DNA from: an uncultured virus (IMG/VR IMGVR_UViG_3300024353_000008) | Lineage: Duplodnaviria > Heunggongvirae > Uroviricota > Caudoviricetes | IMG/VR virus record: IMGVR_UViG_3300024353_000008 | Direction: 5' to 3' (one strand) | Length of the DNA: 64,000 nucleotides | Shown here: positions 38,078-47,419 of the stretch, piece by piece | Layout of the letters: every line of letters begins with the position of its first letter | How positions within the stretch are numbered: position 1 is the stretch's first letter | The notes under the pieces: generated by a model | Database searches by the model: none | The model's input: the letters and a program-made list of their open reading frames with translations, nothing else | What the model was told of the DNA's origin: nothing | Translations under genes and position numbers: made by a program

Positions 38078-38222
38078 GTGTGTACATTGGACGTAGCAGG
38101 AAGCTACTATCCGCGTGGTGCAACTGTTCTTCCGGCCGACGGGTGGGATTCTCTCGGTGGAGACGCATCAGCACAAGCCGCTTGGATTTGGATGAGTGAC
38201 AGCACAAGAAGGAGAGAGGGAA

Positions 38223-38864
38223 ATGAGTGAGAATGACAAACTGATCGACATACCCCCAGGCCCGTTCCTGTACGGAGCCGACCGCGAAACGCGCGAGATC
38301 GCCAGCGCCTACAGCATCGGCAAGTATCCCGTCACCAACGCCGAGTACAGCGCGTTCGTCACGGCGACCGGTCACGCACCGCCACGCTACGACGGCCCGG
38401 ACGACCATCCCATCACCGGTGTCACCTGGCACGACGCCGTGGCATACTGCGCGTGGGTCGGCGCCCGGCTGCCTACTGAGAAGGAGTGGGAACGGGCGGC
38501 ACGGGGCACCGATGGGCGGGAGTATCCCTGGGGGGACTGGGCGGAGGGACGGTGCAACAGTCGCGAGGCGGGCATGGGCACGACGTCGGCGGTGGGGCAG
38601 TATTCGCCGGGCGGCGATAGCCCGGACGGCTGCGTGGACATGGTGGGTAACGTTTGGGAATGGACGGCGTCGGAGCGAGACGGCGGCCGCGTGTTGCGCG
38701 GCGGTTCCTGGCGCTTCATTCGAAGGTACTGCCGTTGCGCGTACCGCGGCGACAACGGACCCGGCTACTTCGACGGCAGTATCGGGTTTCGAGTGGTCTT
38801 CCCTGGCTCTGGTTCCTGCACCAGATTGAACATGTCGTCCAGCGACGACATCAGTTCCATGTGA
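38223..38864 (+). CDS. FGE-sulfatase/C-type-lectin-fold protein, DGR-target-like
   Basis: PVTNAEY, VTWHDAVAYC, RLPTEKEWERAARG, DMVGNVWEW, RVLRGGSW...IGFRVV; GC-rich relative to flanks. Confidence 0.88.
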   Translation: MSENDKLIDIPPGPFLYGADRETREIASAYSIGKYPVTNAEYSAFVTATGHAPPRYDGPDDHPITGVTWHDAVAYCAWVGARLPTEKEWERAARGTDGREYPWGDWAEGRCNSREAGMGTTSAVGQYSPGGDSPDGCVDMVGNVWEWTASERDGGRVLRGGSWRFIRRYCRCAYRGDNGPGYFDGSIGFRVVFPGSGSCTRLNMSSSDDISSM

Positions 38865-39189
38865 AGTCAAGGATTCAAATAATGGAACTTACCTGTCCTG
38901 AATGCGAAGGAGAACTGGACGAATTAGACACTATCGTCCACAAGAAAACACGCGAGACGTTCTGTCTCTATATCTGCCACAATGAAGATTGTCTGAACTA
39001 TGGGACCATATACAATGACAGAACAGGAGATATAAAAGTTGGTGATCCATCTGGGTGTTACTAGTGAACAAGCAATCAAATCAGTTGATGAAGCAATGAT
39101 CCAAGTTCTACTAAGTGAGATAGAATACCTGCGCCTTGCACTTGCAGAGGCTCGTGCAACGATGGCAGAATTGAAAAAGGAGACAGAGG

Positions 39190-40503
39190 GTGAAACTAAC
39201 AAGACTTAGAGTAACGGGTGGGTTCGAGGGGCTTGAATCTCTCGATGAGGAATTTGGACCAGGGTTGACTGTTATCAAGGGTCGAAATGGCAGTGGCAAG
39301 ACGAGCACCTTGCATGCGATTGCTGCTGCCATTGCTAATGCAACGTTCAGTGATCGAACGGTCCTAGCGCACGATGGAGATGACAATGGAGTTATCTTTT
39401 TCCAACTGGACAATGGCTTGGAAGGAAACCGCAAGATCAAGCCAGGAGGTACGAGTGCTGGCCCTATTCAACTACGGCAGGATGGAAAGCCCATCTCTGC
39501 GCCACAGAGTCAGTTGAACAGACTGTTTGAAGGATTTGGTTTCAACCCACTCAGGTTTCTTGACTTGTCTCCCAAGGAGCAAACACAGGAACTCCTCAAG
39601 GTGATTGAAGTTGACCTTCCACTTGAGGAAATGCACCGACTGACAGATGGTGAGGTTGGAGCAGTGGATTATGAAGCCCATCCCATTATCTTCATCAACG
39701 ATGCTGCACAGTACTTGGAGATGTACCGCCGAGACGTCAATAGGGACGCAAAGGCAAATAGGACTACTGCCGAGAAACTGCGAGAGCAAGTCCCAGATGA
39801 TATTGACGCTGAGAGCATCGTAGACTTCGACCTGGGACAAGAGACTGCCAAGTTGGCAAATGCCAGGCGCGTAGAGAGTGAGATTGAGAGTCAGAGTGCA
39901 AGGTTTGGCGAGATTGACGGTCGTATCACTGCGCTAAAGGAAGAATTGATTCGACTGGAAGCGCAGAGAGAAGAAGTGGCTACCTCTCTGGAAAGTCTGC
40001 GTTCGCAACGGGTGGACGTGGAACCCATCCAGACCAGCATCGAACTGTTCCAGACGAATCGTGGCTATTTGCAGGATATGGAGACTGCGAATGAGAAGGT
40101 CCGAGAGGCTATCCAGCTTGAGACACGGGCCACAAGATTGACCGAATTGCTAGAGGAAGTCCGAGAAAAGCCCGCCGAATTGCTCAAGGCTGCTGCACTG
40201 CCTGTTCAGGGTCTTGGTATCAACGAGGATGGGTTGGTTACAGTCGGTGGATTACCAATCTCCTCTCTGAGCACGTCGGAACAGTTGAGGGTTGCAACCG
40301 AGATTGCTATTCGCACATTGGGAGAGTTGCAGATTATCCTGATTGATGGTCTGGAAGCACTGGATAGCGAGAATCAAGATGCTCTGCTGAGTCGGTTGGT
40401 TGAGGCTGGTGTGCAAGCATTCATTACCAGAGTTGCGGATGGTGAATTGACGATTCTGACAGATTACGAGCCAGGAGAGATGAACGAAAACATTCCTTTC
40501 TAG
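39190..40503 (+). CDS. SMC/Rad50-like ABC ATPase with coiled coil
   Basis: Walker A GRNGSGKTS, LSTSEQ signature-like motif, IILIDGLE Walker B. Confidence 0.8.
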   Translation: MKLTRLRVTGGFEGLESLDEEFGPGLTVIKGRNGSGKTSTLHAIAAAIANATFSDRTVLAHDGDDNGVIFFQLDNGLEGNRKIKPGGTSAGPIQLRQDGKPISAPQSQLNRLFEGFGFNPLRFLDLSPKEQTQELLKVIEVDLPLEEMHRLTDGEVGAVDYEAHPIIFINDAAQYLEMYRRDVNRDAKANRTTAEKLREQVPDDIDAESIVDFDLGQETAKLANARRVESEIESQSARFGEIDGRITALKEELIRLEAQREEVATSLESLRSQRVDVEPIQTSIELFQTNRGYLQDMETANEKVREAIQLETRATRLTELLEEVREKPAELLKAAALPVQGLGINEDGLVTVGGLPISSLSTSEQLRVATEIAIRTLGELQIILIDGLEALDSENQDALLSRLVEAGVQAFITRVADGELTILTDYEPGEMNENIPF

Positions 40504-40588
40504 GTTTCTAGTTCTCCTTTTGAACGTGAGGAGGTGGGCCTATTTCTCTCTTGGGTCCATCTCCTCACTGGATTTATTGAGGTGATAT

Positions 40589-41287
40589 ATGGATGAGTTA
40601 TTGCAACGAGCGAAACGTCTTATGATGACAGCAGAGAATGCAATCAAGACGAAGTGTGAGGAGAAACGACAGACGAGAAGAGTACCACGGCAGGTTATTG
40701 TCCCAGATTGGGCATGTCAAGGAATGGATGGTGTTAGATTTGACTGGGGTACTTATGCAGTTTCAGCTCTGACAAGAAGTAGTCTTACTTATATTCCTGC
40801 ATACCTTGACGAAATCACACAGTATGCCAAGCATCAGGCTGGCGACCTTTGCTGGATAGCAGAGCCATACCGAATTGCAAACAACTACTGCAATCCACAA
40901 CCTTGTGGTGGTCTTTACGTGCGTGGGTTTTATGGAGATAATTCTGTCTTTGCTGTAACACTAGTGCCGAGTGAAAGAGCCAAGTTTCAGATACGCAAGT
41001 ATCCATTTCGTTACTCTCCTGGTCGGTTCATGTACAAGTCTCTCGCTCGCACAATCGTGGAGATCAAGCGGGTATGGACAGAGCAGGTACAGGATATTAG
41101 CGATGAGGATGCTTACGCAGAAGGTATAACAAAAGAGGAAGCAGAAAAGCACTGGTATGATGGTCCTCAGCCAGTCAGTGCATTCATGGACCTCTGGAAT
41201 TCCATCAACAAACGTCGTGGCTATGGATGGGACACTAACCCATGGGTGTATGCCTACGAGTACGAGTTGGTGAAGGTCTTGCGCTAA
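40589..41287 (+). CDS. ASCH/PUA-like phage protein
   Basis: KRQTRR...GD..WI.E...QVQDISDEDAYAEG...LWNSIN...WDTNPWV. Confidence 0.75.
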   Translation: MDELLQRAKRLMMTAENAIKTKCEEKRQTRRVPRQVIVPDWACQGMDGVRFDWGTYAVSALTRSSLTYIPAYLDEITQYAKHQAGDLCWIAEPYRIANNYCNPQPCGGLYVRGFYGDNSVFAVTLVPSERAKFQIRKYPFRYSPGRFMYKSLARTIVEIKRVWTEQVQDISDEDAYAEGITKEEAEKHWYDGPQPVSAFMDLWNSINKRRGYGWDTNPWVYAYEYELVKVLR

Positions 41288-41553
41288 TCCCAGAGAGGGT
41301 TTTCAATCTCGTCGCCTGGGAACATGTCAGCATAGCCACAGACAGAATAGCCAATGTTTTGATAGATAAATCTTATATCATTCTCTGGGATACAGCCTTG
41401 GGTAACTAGTTCCATTAACTTGCCTAGATCAACTCTAGCATTTTCCATCAAGGCCCGGATAACCCTATGGTTGGGTAATACTTGAACTCCTCTCTTGTCA
41501 ACCGTCGTCTCGATGGACTTCCCGTTTATTCTGACAATGATGGGCTCTTTCAT
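41284..41553 (-). CDS. hypothetical protein
   Basis: coupled to upstream HTH gene; YQNIGYSVCGY. Confidence 0.55.
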   Translation of the reverse strand: MKEPIIVRINGKSIETTVDKRGVQVLPNHRVIRALMENARVDLGKLMELVTQGCIPENDIRFIYQNIGYSVCGYADMFPGDEIENPLWD

Positions 41554-41753
41554 TTTCTCCCTCTTATGTACCGCTCCACTTCTGCCCTCGTAAAGAACCA
41601 CATAGAGCCTATCTTGTGGCCCTTCAGCGTTTCTCTTTCTGCTGCTTTCAATGCGCTCGTGTGCTGGATGCCAAGTAGCTGTGCTGCTTCCTTCGCATTG
41701 AGCACGTCTGATTCTTCTACTTTGAGTGCAAGGGCTATAAGTGTCTTGCTCAT
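41550..41753 (-). CDS. excisionase-like HTH DNA-binding protein
   Basis: LNAKEAAQLLGI...LKGHKIGSMWFFTRAEVERY. Confidence 0.75.
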   Translation of the reverse strand: MSKTLIALALKVEESDVLNAKEAAQLLGIQHTSALKAAERETLKGHKIGSMWFFTRAEVERYIRGRK

Positions 41754-41902
41754 ACGTTTATCCCTCCCGGACAGAAAAGCATACTCGTATATCGTCGTGG
41801 TGGCAGGAACTCTCCAAGAAGAAAGCAGAGAAGGAAATAGGAGATTCCCAGACATAGAATGATAGTGAACTCATTGTGAGAAAGATTCATGATGTTCCTC
41901 TT

Positions 41903-42259
41903 TTAGATGATGAAAGCAAGGACCATGAAAGAAATCAGGATAAGCAAGGGAATTGCCATGAGAATACCAACAACCAACTGTGCAATGTTCACTCGTGGCT
42001 TGAGCAACCCGTGCTCACTCTGCCTGTACTCAGTTGCAACGATCTTTGTGTGATTAGCGATCTTTGTGTGATTAGCTCTAATATCTGTCTCTATCATCCA
42101 AGACGGTTCTGGGTCCATTGCTGTTCCAAACCGGTAAACCGTGGTTCGTCCTTCGTCTTCCAGATTGCCAACTGCACTGACGAAATGTTCCTGACCACCG
42201 AATACGCTTGAGGAACCGATGGATGCTGTGACAATCCATATACTGCCAATCTCGATCAT
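41903..42259 (-). CDS. hypothetical protein with C-terminal TM
   Basis: AAGGAG RBS; hydrophobic C-terminus. Confidence 0.5.
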   Translation of the reverse strand: MIEIGSIWIVTASIGSSSVFGGQEHFVSAVGNLEDEGRTTVYRFGTAMDPEPSWMIETDIRANHTKIANHTKIVATEYRQSEHGLLKPRVNIAQLVVGILMAIPLLILISFMVLAFII

Positions 42260-43629
42260 TGTGTCTCCTTTTCGTCTAGCCACTTTAGGGCTGAATCTAA
42301 GTCTGTTATCACTCCGTCTAGCTGCAACTCGAATGCTTCTTTCAGTGTGACACCAAAATGCGGTCCTGGCTTCCATTTTTTCTTGATCAGGTGACGTCCC
42401 TTCAGAATGGGTTCTGGCCCGCTTTCTTCCACTCGCATGGTCTCTGCAAGTTCCCGGATTGTGTGGATCGTTTCTGGTAATGGTGCATCGAAATCACCAC
42501 GTCCTCTGTGGTCACACTCCATCACGCGCAAGAGTTGAGTAATGTTAGCTGGCTCAAGTCTCTTTGCCAATCGACGCACAGACCTTGGTGTGGGCTTTCG
42601 CGTGTGGACGTGTACCATGTGCTCACGCACGAGAAGTGGTACGACTTCCTGTAACCACAAAGGAGCACCGATGCTTGCCAAGAACTGTTTGGCTAATGGT
42701 TCTCCTGCCCCGTCGTGTCCGGGAGAGCGAATGTGTCCGTCGTCACAAAGTTCTGTTGTGCTTACCTTGCCTACATCGTGCAGGAGGACAGCGAAGAAGA
42801 GAATGAGACGTTCTTTGTCGTCCAGATCAAACCTAGTCGAGTAATCAAGTGCTTCTCTCAGATGTTGACGCACATTTCCTTCCGGGTGCCATTCTGCGTC
42901 TTGCTCAATAGAAAGGCAGTTTGCCAAAGCAGGAAAGTGCCAAATCCACCCAGTGCCGGATAGGAAGTTAAGTGCGGCAGATGGTTTTATAGCATAGAGT
43001 GCTAGCTTTTCCCACTCATCCCAAACTCTCTCGACTGGAAGTTTTTTGTAAGCATTGATTAGTTGATTGCATAGAGTGATGGTGGAAAGGGATGCAGTAA
43101 GATCAAATCTTCCAGCAAACTGCATTCCTCGAAGAACCCTAAGAGGATCATCTGCAAACTGTGTCGATGTATGTCTAAGTTGTTTTCCTTTCAGGTGGGG
43201 AATTCCTCTGTATGGGTCAATGTACTCATTTGTCAATGGATTATAGGCAATGGCGTTGACTGTAAAGTCTCGCCGTGCCAATGCCTGTACTATGGTCATA
43301 CTAGAATCAACCGATACATCGAATCCCTTGTGTTCTTCTCCCGTCTTGGTCTCTGTACGAGGCAAAGAACAGTCAACAGTGATTCCATCAACTTTGACCT
43401 TGACCACAGAGAAACTTGCACCGTGTTCGTCAATGACTTCTCCGAACTGAGAGAGCCAAGGCGTTAGTTCCCGTAGGTTGCTTGGCCCAAAGAATTCTAC
43501 GTCTAGGTCTTTGGAGTCTATTCCTAGCAGTTGGTCACGCACCCATCCACCAACAGCGTAGACTTTCCAGTCCCGTTGTTGTTCGGCTGCCTCTGCTATT
43601 CTGTGGAGAATCGTGTGTTCTGATGTCAT
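42256..43629 (-). CDS. cca: CCA-adding tRNA nucleotidyltransferase (class II NTase + HD domain)
   Basis: VGGWVRD.LLG...DLD, RRDFTVNA, DDPLRVLRG..FA, H.EG..., LLHDVGK, GPHFG. Confidence 0.85.
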   Translation of the reverse strand: MTSEHTILHRIAEAAEQQRDWKVYAVGGWVRDQLLGIDSKDLDVEFFGPSNLRELTPWLSQFGEVIDEHGASFSVVKVKVDGITVDCSLPRTETKTGEEHKGFDVSVDSSMTIVQALARRDFTVNAIAYNPLTNEYIDPYRGIPHLKGKQLRHTSTQFADDPLRVLRGMQFAGRFDLTASLSTITLCNQLINAYKKLPVERVWDEWEKLALYAIKPSAALNFLSGTGWIWHFPALANCLSIEQDAEWHPEGNVRQHLREALDYSTRFDLDDKERLILFFAVLLHDVGKVSTTELCDDGHIRSPGHDGAGEPLAKQFLASIGAPLWLQEVVPLLVREHMVHVHTRKPTPRSVRRLAKRLEPANITQLLRVMECDHRGRGDFDAPLPETIHTIRELAETMRVEESGPEPILKGRHLIKKKWKPGPHFGVTLKEAFELQLDGVITDLDSALKWLDEKETQ

Positions 43630-43630
43630 C

Positions 43631-44122
43631 TCATGTCAACCCAAAGTTAGCCCGTGCTCGTTCTGCCATTGCTGCCCGTTGTGCAGGGCTGATGTTTTTC
43701 TTTGCACACCATTTGACACTATGCTTACGGTATTCCTCTCGCAGCATTTGTTTTGCTTCTGGGCTTATGAAACGGCCTACCATATCGAGCATGGTTTTGC
43801 AAAACTCCCTGCCGTGAGAAGCATATTGCCAAGGAATGACGAGATGGCATAACTCGTGGAGTATAGTTACTTTCTCGTAGTGACACTTCGCTATCCTTAT
43901 TCCTCCATCCTCTAATGCTAGTGACGTACAACTGTCACTCCGTGGTTGCTTCATGTATACTTGCTTTTTAGAATAGTGTTCTTTCCACCATCGCGTGCCG
44001 GTTACTGCTTTAGCATAATCACACACGAGACTAAAACAGTCTAGTCTGACGGAGGGTAGCCTAATGACCAGTGCATCCTCTGCATCGAAAACCTTCTGAC
44101 GTTGTGAGTCTCTAGCTCTCAT
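43631..44122 (-). CDS. HExxH zinc metallohydrolase (SprT/TIGR04338-like)
   Basis: RDSQRQKVFDAE...ILHELCHL...SHGREF. Confidence 0.75.
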   Translation of the reverse strand: MRARDSQRQKVFDAEDALVIRLPSVRLDCFSLVCDYAKAVTGTRWWKEHYSKKQVYMKQPRSDSCTSLALEDGGIRIAKCHYEKVTILHELCHLVIPWQYASHGREFCKTMLDMVGRFISPEAKQMLREEYRKHSVKWCAKKNISPAQRAAMAERARANFGLT

Positions 44123-44357
44123 TGGCTTCTCTTTCCTCGCCACCATCTTCTCTGACAGCTTTCCTGACGAGCAAATCAAGATGCAGGTTTGCCATTTTCC
44201 ACATTACACAGTGGATGATTCGCTGTGCAACTCTTACTCTCGGACCATTCTTTCCTGGATCAGCAAGAAACTCATCTACTTCATAGCGAATGGTATCTTG
44301 AATCTCGTCAAGCATTGTGATGATTTTGTGACAGTACATGATAAAGTCGTCATCCAT
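44112..44357 (-). CDS. hypothetical protein
   Basis: GGAG RBS. Confidence 0.55.
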   Translation of the reverse strand: MDDDFIMYCHKIITMLDEIQDTIRYEVDEFLADPGKNGPRVRVAQRIIHCVMWKMANLHLDLLVRKAVREDGGEEREANES

Positions 44358-44367
44358 TAGCTTCTCC

Positions 44368-44574
44368 TCACAGCGAAAGCTCTAACTGAATCATTGGAGC
44401 ATGGACCTCTGCCCAAATCTGAAACAGTCTGCGCCCGCCCACGCATGCGCAAAGAGTCTCACGGGCTGCTTCAATGTCAGTAGGGTCCACACTTTCAGCG
44501 CACAGCTTGGCGTTTGCCATTTCGCGCCAGTGCTGATTCCGCCGCTCAACCGTCCTGATAAGTTCTGTGTCCAT
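44368..44574 (-). CDS. hypothetical protein
   Basis: TAATG coupling. Confidence 0.5.
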   Translation of the reverse strand: MDTELIRTVERRNQHWREMANAKLCAESVDPTDIEAARETLCACVGGRRLFQIWAEVHAPMIQLELSL

Positions 44575-44849
44575 TACGCCTTTCTCACGGCCTCTCTCAC
44601 GAGCCTGTCATAGCCTCTATCAGACAGACCCATATAGTAATCCCACACCTTGCCACCTTCCTGCTTTGCCAATCCTTCCACTAGACCGTTCATCTTTGCT
44701 GTACCAGGTTCAATTGGAGAGAACTTGACGCGGATTGCCTCTCCACCGAACTCCATCATGCGACCATTAGGATAGAGCATGCGGCGAGCATGATTGCCTG
44801 CTAGTGCTATTTCGAGACGGGATAGGAGTTGCTGGCGTGGTGTGGTCAT
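44574..44849 (-). CDS. hypothetical protein
   Basis: GGAG RBS. Confidence 0.55.
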   Translation of the reverse strand: MTTPRQQLLSRLEIALAGNHARRMLYPNGRMMEFGGEAIRVKFSPIEPGTAKMNGLVEGLAKQEGGKVWDYYMGLSDRGYDRLVREAVRKA

Positions 44850-44878
44850 TGACTATATCTCCATGTAATGCTGATATA

Positions 44879-45256
44879 TTACCTATACCCACGACTTATC
44901 ATCCAGCGTGTACGGTCTCTCTTTGCCCCTCCGATGATATTGAGAGCCTGCCATTCTGGTATGTCGCCTCTAGCGCATTGCTCAATAGCATCAAGCATTT
45001 CTCGGTCCCAACTTGCCAACTTTCTACCGCTTGTCTCCTTGTCTATGATTCTCTGATGCTCGCTCACAAGAGACGACCAACTAAATAGCCTGATACAACC
45101 AGACATTGCCTCTCGTGTCGTGCCATCGTCGCAACGGAATCGGTAGACGTAGCGACCTTTCGCTCCACAATGCGGACAGTTGGTTGCACCACCCTCACCA
45201 AAGTCGTGTTTTGCCTCTATATAGATAATTGTTGGTAGAGTCTCTTTTAGCGCCAT
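44879..45256 (-). CDS. Zn-ribbon hypothetical protein, first gene after the leftward promoter
   Basis: GGAGG RBS; CPHCG...GCI. Confidence 0.6.
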   Translation of the reverse strand: MALKETLPTIIYIEAKHDFGEGGATNCPHCGAKGRYVYRFRCDDGTTREAMSGCIRLFSWSSLVSEHQRIIDKETSGRKLASWDREMLDAIEQCARGDIPEWQALNIIGGAKRDRTRWMISRGYR

Positions 45257-45289
45257 TTGCGCCTCCTGTCTAGCCATTCGACTACCAGC

Positions 45290-45318
45290 ATTATACCACA
45301 TTCTAAAAACCTTGTCAA
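45290..45318 (-). promoter_or_regulatory. consensus sigma70 promoter TTGACA-17-TATAAT (leftward)
   Basis: reverse strand ttgaca aggtttttagaatgtgg tataat. Confidence 0.85.
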
Positions 45319-45359
45319 TACGCAACCATAGTACTATAGTACTACTTTCTCCCAACCTC

Positions 45360-45388
45360 TTGACGAGCTATAAAACCTCTGGTATAAT
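45360..45388 (+). promoter_or_regulatory. sigma70 promoter TTGACG-17-TATAAT (rightward; leaderless ATG 7 nt downstream)
   Basis: ttgacg agctataaaacctctgg tataat agtactg ATG. Confidence 0.8.
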
Positions 45389-45395
45389 AGTACTG

Positions 45396-46091
45396 ATGAA
45401 CGTGACAGAACTCCCACCAGTAACTATCCTCATCGTAACCTATGATCGCCCGCAGGAGATACGACGAACTATCAATGCACTCCTCCATCGTATTCAGTAT
45501 CAAGGCAAGCTTCGCTGGCACATTGCTGATGATGGGTCTCCTGGCAACTATGTTCCCGACATCCTCGACGAATTCCATCACCTCGACGTTCATCATTCTA
45601 TTACCAATCGCAAGGGATGGGGAGCCAACGTCAACAAGGCTCTAGCTTCTATCCCGACTGACTACATCTTTCTCAACGAGGACGACTACGTAGCGTTTCG
45701 AGACATGGACCTCACTCACGGAGTAGCACTACTAGAAGCCAACAAAGAACTTGGTGCAGTTCGATACGATGGTCTTGAGGGCCACAAATTGAACTTGAAA
45801 CTACGTGAGTCTGAAACCACAGTAGGAAGGCTAAACTACCTTCGCATTGTCAAAGATTCTCCCGACTTGAACGTCTACAGTCACAGGCCACATCTCAAGC
45901 ATAGGCGACTACACGACCAGCTAGGAACGTACACAGAGAACATTTCTCTTGGTGAAACAGAGGACGACTTTGCTCACCGAGTGAAAGACCACGAAGGACC
46001 ACCACATATTGCTATTCTGCCAAGTGGGATACCGCGTGCGTATGATCACATTGGAAAATCGCGGCAGGGCACTTCCTTGGATCAGCTATGA
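45396..46091 (+). CDS. GT2 family glycosyltransferase
   Basis: VTILIVTYDR, IADDGS, GWGANVN, FLNEDD. Confidence 0.85.
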   Translation: MNVTELPPVTILIVTYDRPQEIRRTINALLHRIQYQGKLRWHIADDGSPGNYVPDILDEFHHLDVHHSITNRKGWGANVNKALASIPTDYIFLNEDDYVAFRDMDLTHGVALLEANKELGAVRYDGLEGHKLNLKLRESETTVGRLNYLRIVKDSPDLNVYSHRPHLKHRRLHDQLGTYTENISLGETEDDFAHRVKDHEGPPHIAILPSGIPRAYDHIGKSRQGTSLDQL

Positions 46092-46568
46092 AATTCCTCC
46101 TAGTCTCTGTCACAGGCGAAGGACATGCAGAACCAGTTGAAGTAGAATCACTGGAAGAACTGGTGGAATTCATCGACCACGATGGTGGACAGAACGATGT
46201 ACTTATCTCCAAGCAATCACTCATCAACTTAGCACACGATAAGAAGCAAAGAAAAGCAGGTTGCAGGTATGTACTATGCTTGCTCGATGACTTTTTCGAG
46301 GACAGAAAGATAGCAGTAGAGGAGGAGAGAGAGCAATGAGTAAGATAGTGACAACGACCTACAAGTGCAATAACTGCCCGAAAGAAGAAAGTGACCGCAC
46401 CAAGGTTCTCAACTGGCTTGTGGTTACTCTCATGAGAGATGAGATTCTGACACAAGAGGGAACCGGAATACTCAAAGCAGTCAATCAGATCAAGCACCGT
46501 TGGGACTTTTGTTCGAAGGAATGTCTTGCTACATGGGCGATGAGAGAAAAAGGGAGACGCAATGACCC

Positions 46569-46994
46569 ATGAAGATAAGTAAACTGTTATCCTGGATTCT
46601 CCTCCAAAGAAAGTATTACAGAAGCCTCTCACAACTAGAATTCATAGAAAGAAAAGAAGCAGAACTGTCTGCTTTGCGAGAAGAATTCTCTAGCCTTGGC
46701 CTTGGCAAATTCGTGAGATTAGGAGACCCGACTCAGAACATTGGGACTGCATTAGAGCTAGTAGATCACTTTGGCTTGATCCTTAGTCGTGGAACTTGTT
46801 TTGGTGACTGTGTAGCCTGCTTGAACAAAGAGAACTGGAAAAACTCTATCAGTGAGATTGCTGATGTTTGGGATTACTGCACTTGGGTGGAAAAACCGAG
46901 AGGAGAAGTCACTTACATTGACGGCTATGGACGGACTGTTCCGATAGCTGTCTGTAGGTGTCTCGTGAGTGCAAGACGGTCTGGTGTCATCTAG
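46569..46994 (+). CDS. phage ABA-sandwich-like protein
   Basis: PTQNIGTALELV...TVPIAVCRC. Confidence 0.5.
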   Translation: MKISKLLSWILLQRKYYRSLSQLEFIERKEAELSALREEFSSLGLGKFVRLGDPTQNIGTALELVDHFGLILSRGTCFGDCVACLNKENWKNSISEIADVWDYCTWVEKPRGEVTYIDGYGRTVPIAVCRCLVSARRSGVI

Positions 46995-47008
46995 GAGGTA
47001 GCGAAGCA

Positions 47009-47419
47009 ATGATTACAAAGAAGATCGGGATTAACGACTTTCCTGCTGGCCCTCGACTAGATGCCGAAGTCGCAAAGATTCTAGGCTGGACCGAACTGCG
47101 TAAGATGGACAACTGCGACGACTGGAAGGGTAAACCACCCGGTGGGCCTTGGTACGTGATACCAAGGTATTCAACGGATATTGGGGCAGCGTGGATGCTG
47201 CTAGAAAGATGGCCTTCAGGAACTTTCACGGTACAGCGACACGATGAGCATGGTTGGCAAGCAGGGGGTTCGTGGCATCCAGAGGGAGAAGTAGACAGCA
47301 AGTATCTCACTCAGGCCCAGACAGCACCACTCGCTATCACGAGAGCGTTCTTGAAGACAAATGGAAGAGCGTTCTTGAAGACGAATGGAGTAGAAGAGGT
47401 CGAGGTAAAGGATGAATAA
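47009..47419 (+). CDS. phage ABA-sandwich domain protein
   Basis: LDAEVAKILGW...PRYSTDIGAAW...TAPLAITRAFL. Confidence 0.75.
   Translation: MITKKIGINDFPAGPRLDAEVAKILGWTELRKMDNCDDWKGKPPGGPWYVIPRYSTDIGAAWMLLERWPSGTFTVQRHDEHGWQAGGSWHPEGEVDSKYLTQAQTAPLAITRAFLKTNGRAFLKTNGVEEVEVKDE

Noticed and set aside
38223..38864. Functional formylglycine-generating enzyme linked to the sulfotransferases
   Set aside because: It lacks the FGE catalytic core arrangement and no sulfatase is present; it fits the CLec ligand-binding DGR-target type better.
37674..38870. 398-aa minus-strand ORF
   Set aside because: Antisense shadow of the GC-rich CLec gene and the MCP end; it crosses a terminator and a promoter.
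38000..41300. Complete DGR (TR + reverse transcriptase + Avd)
   Set aside because: No AAC-rich copy of the VR and no RT motif were found on either strand in this window.
47342..47389. 24-bp tandem duplication (RAFLKTNG x2)
   Set aside because: Real, but an ordinary in-frame slippage with no sign of function.
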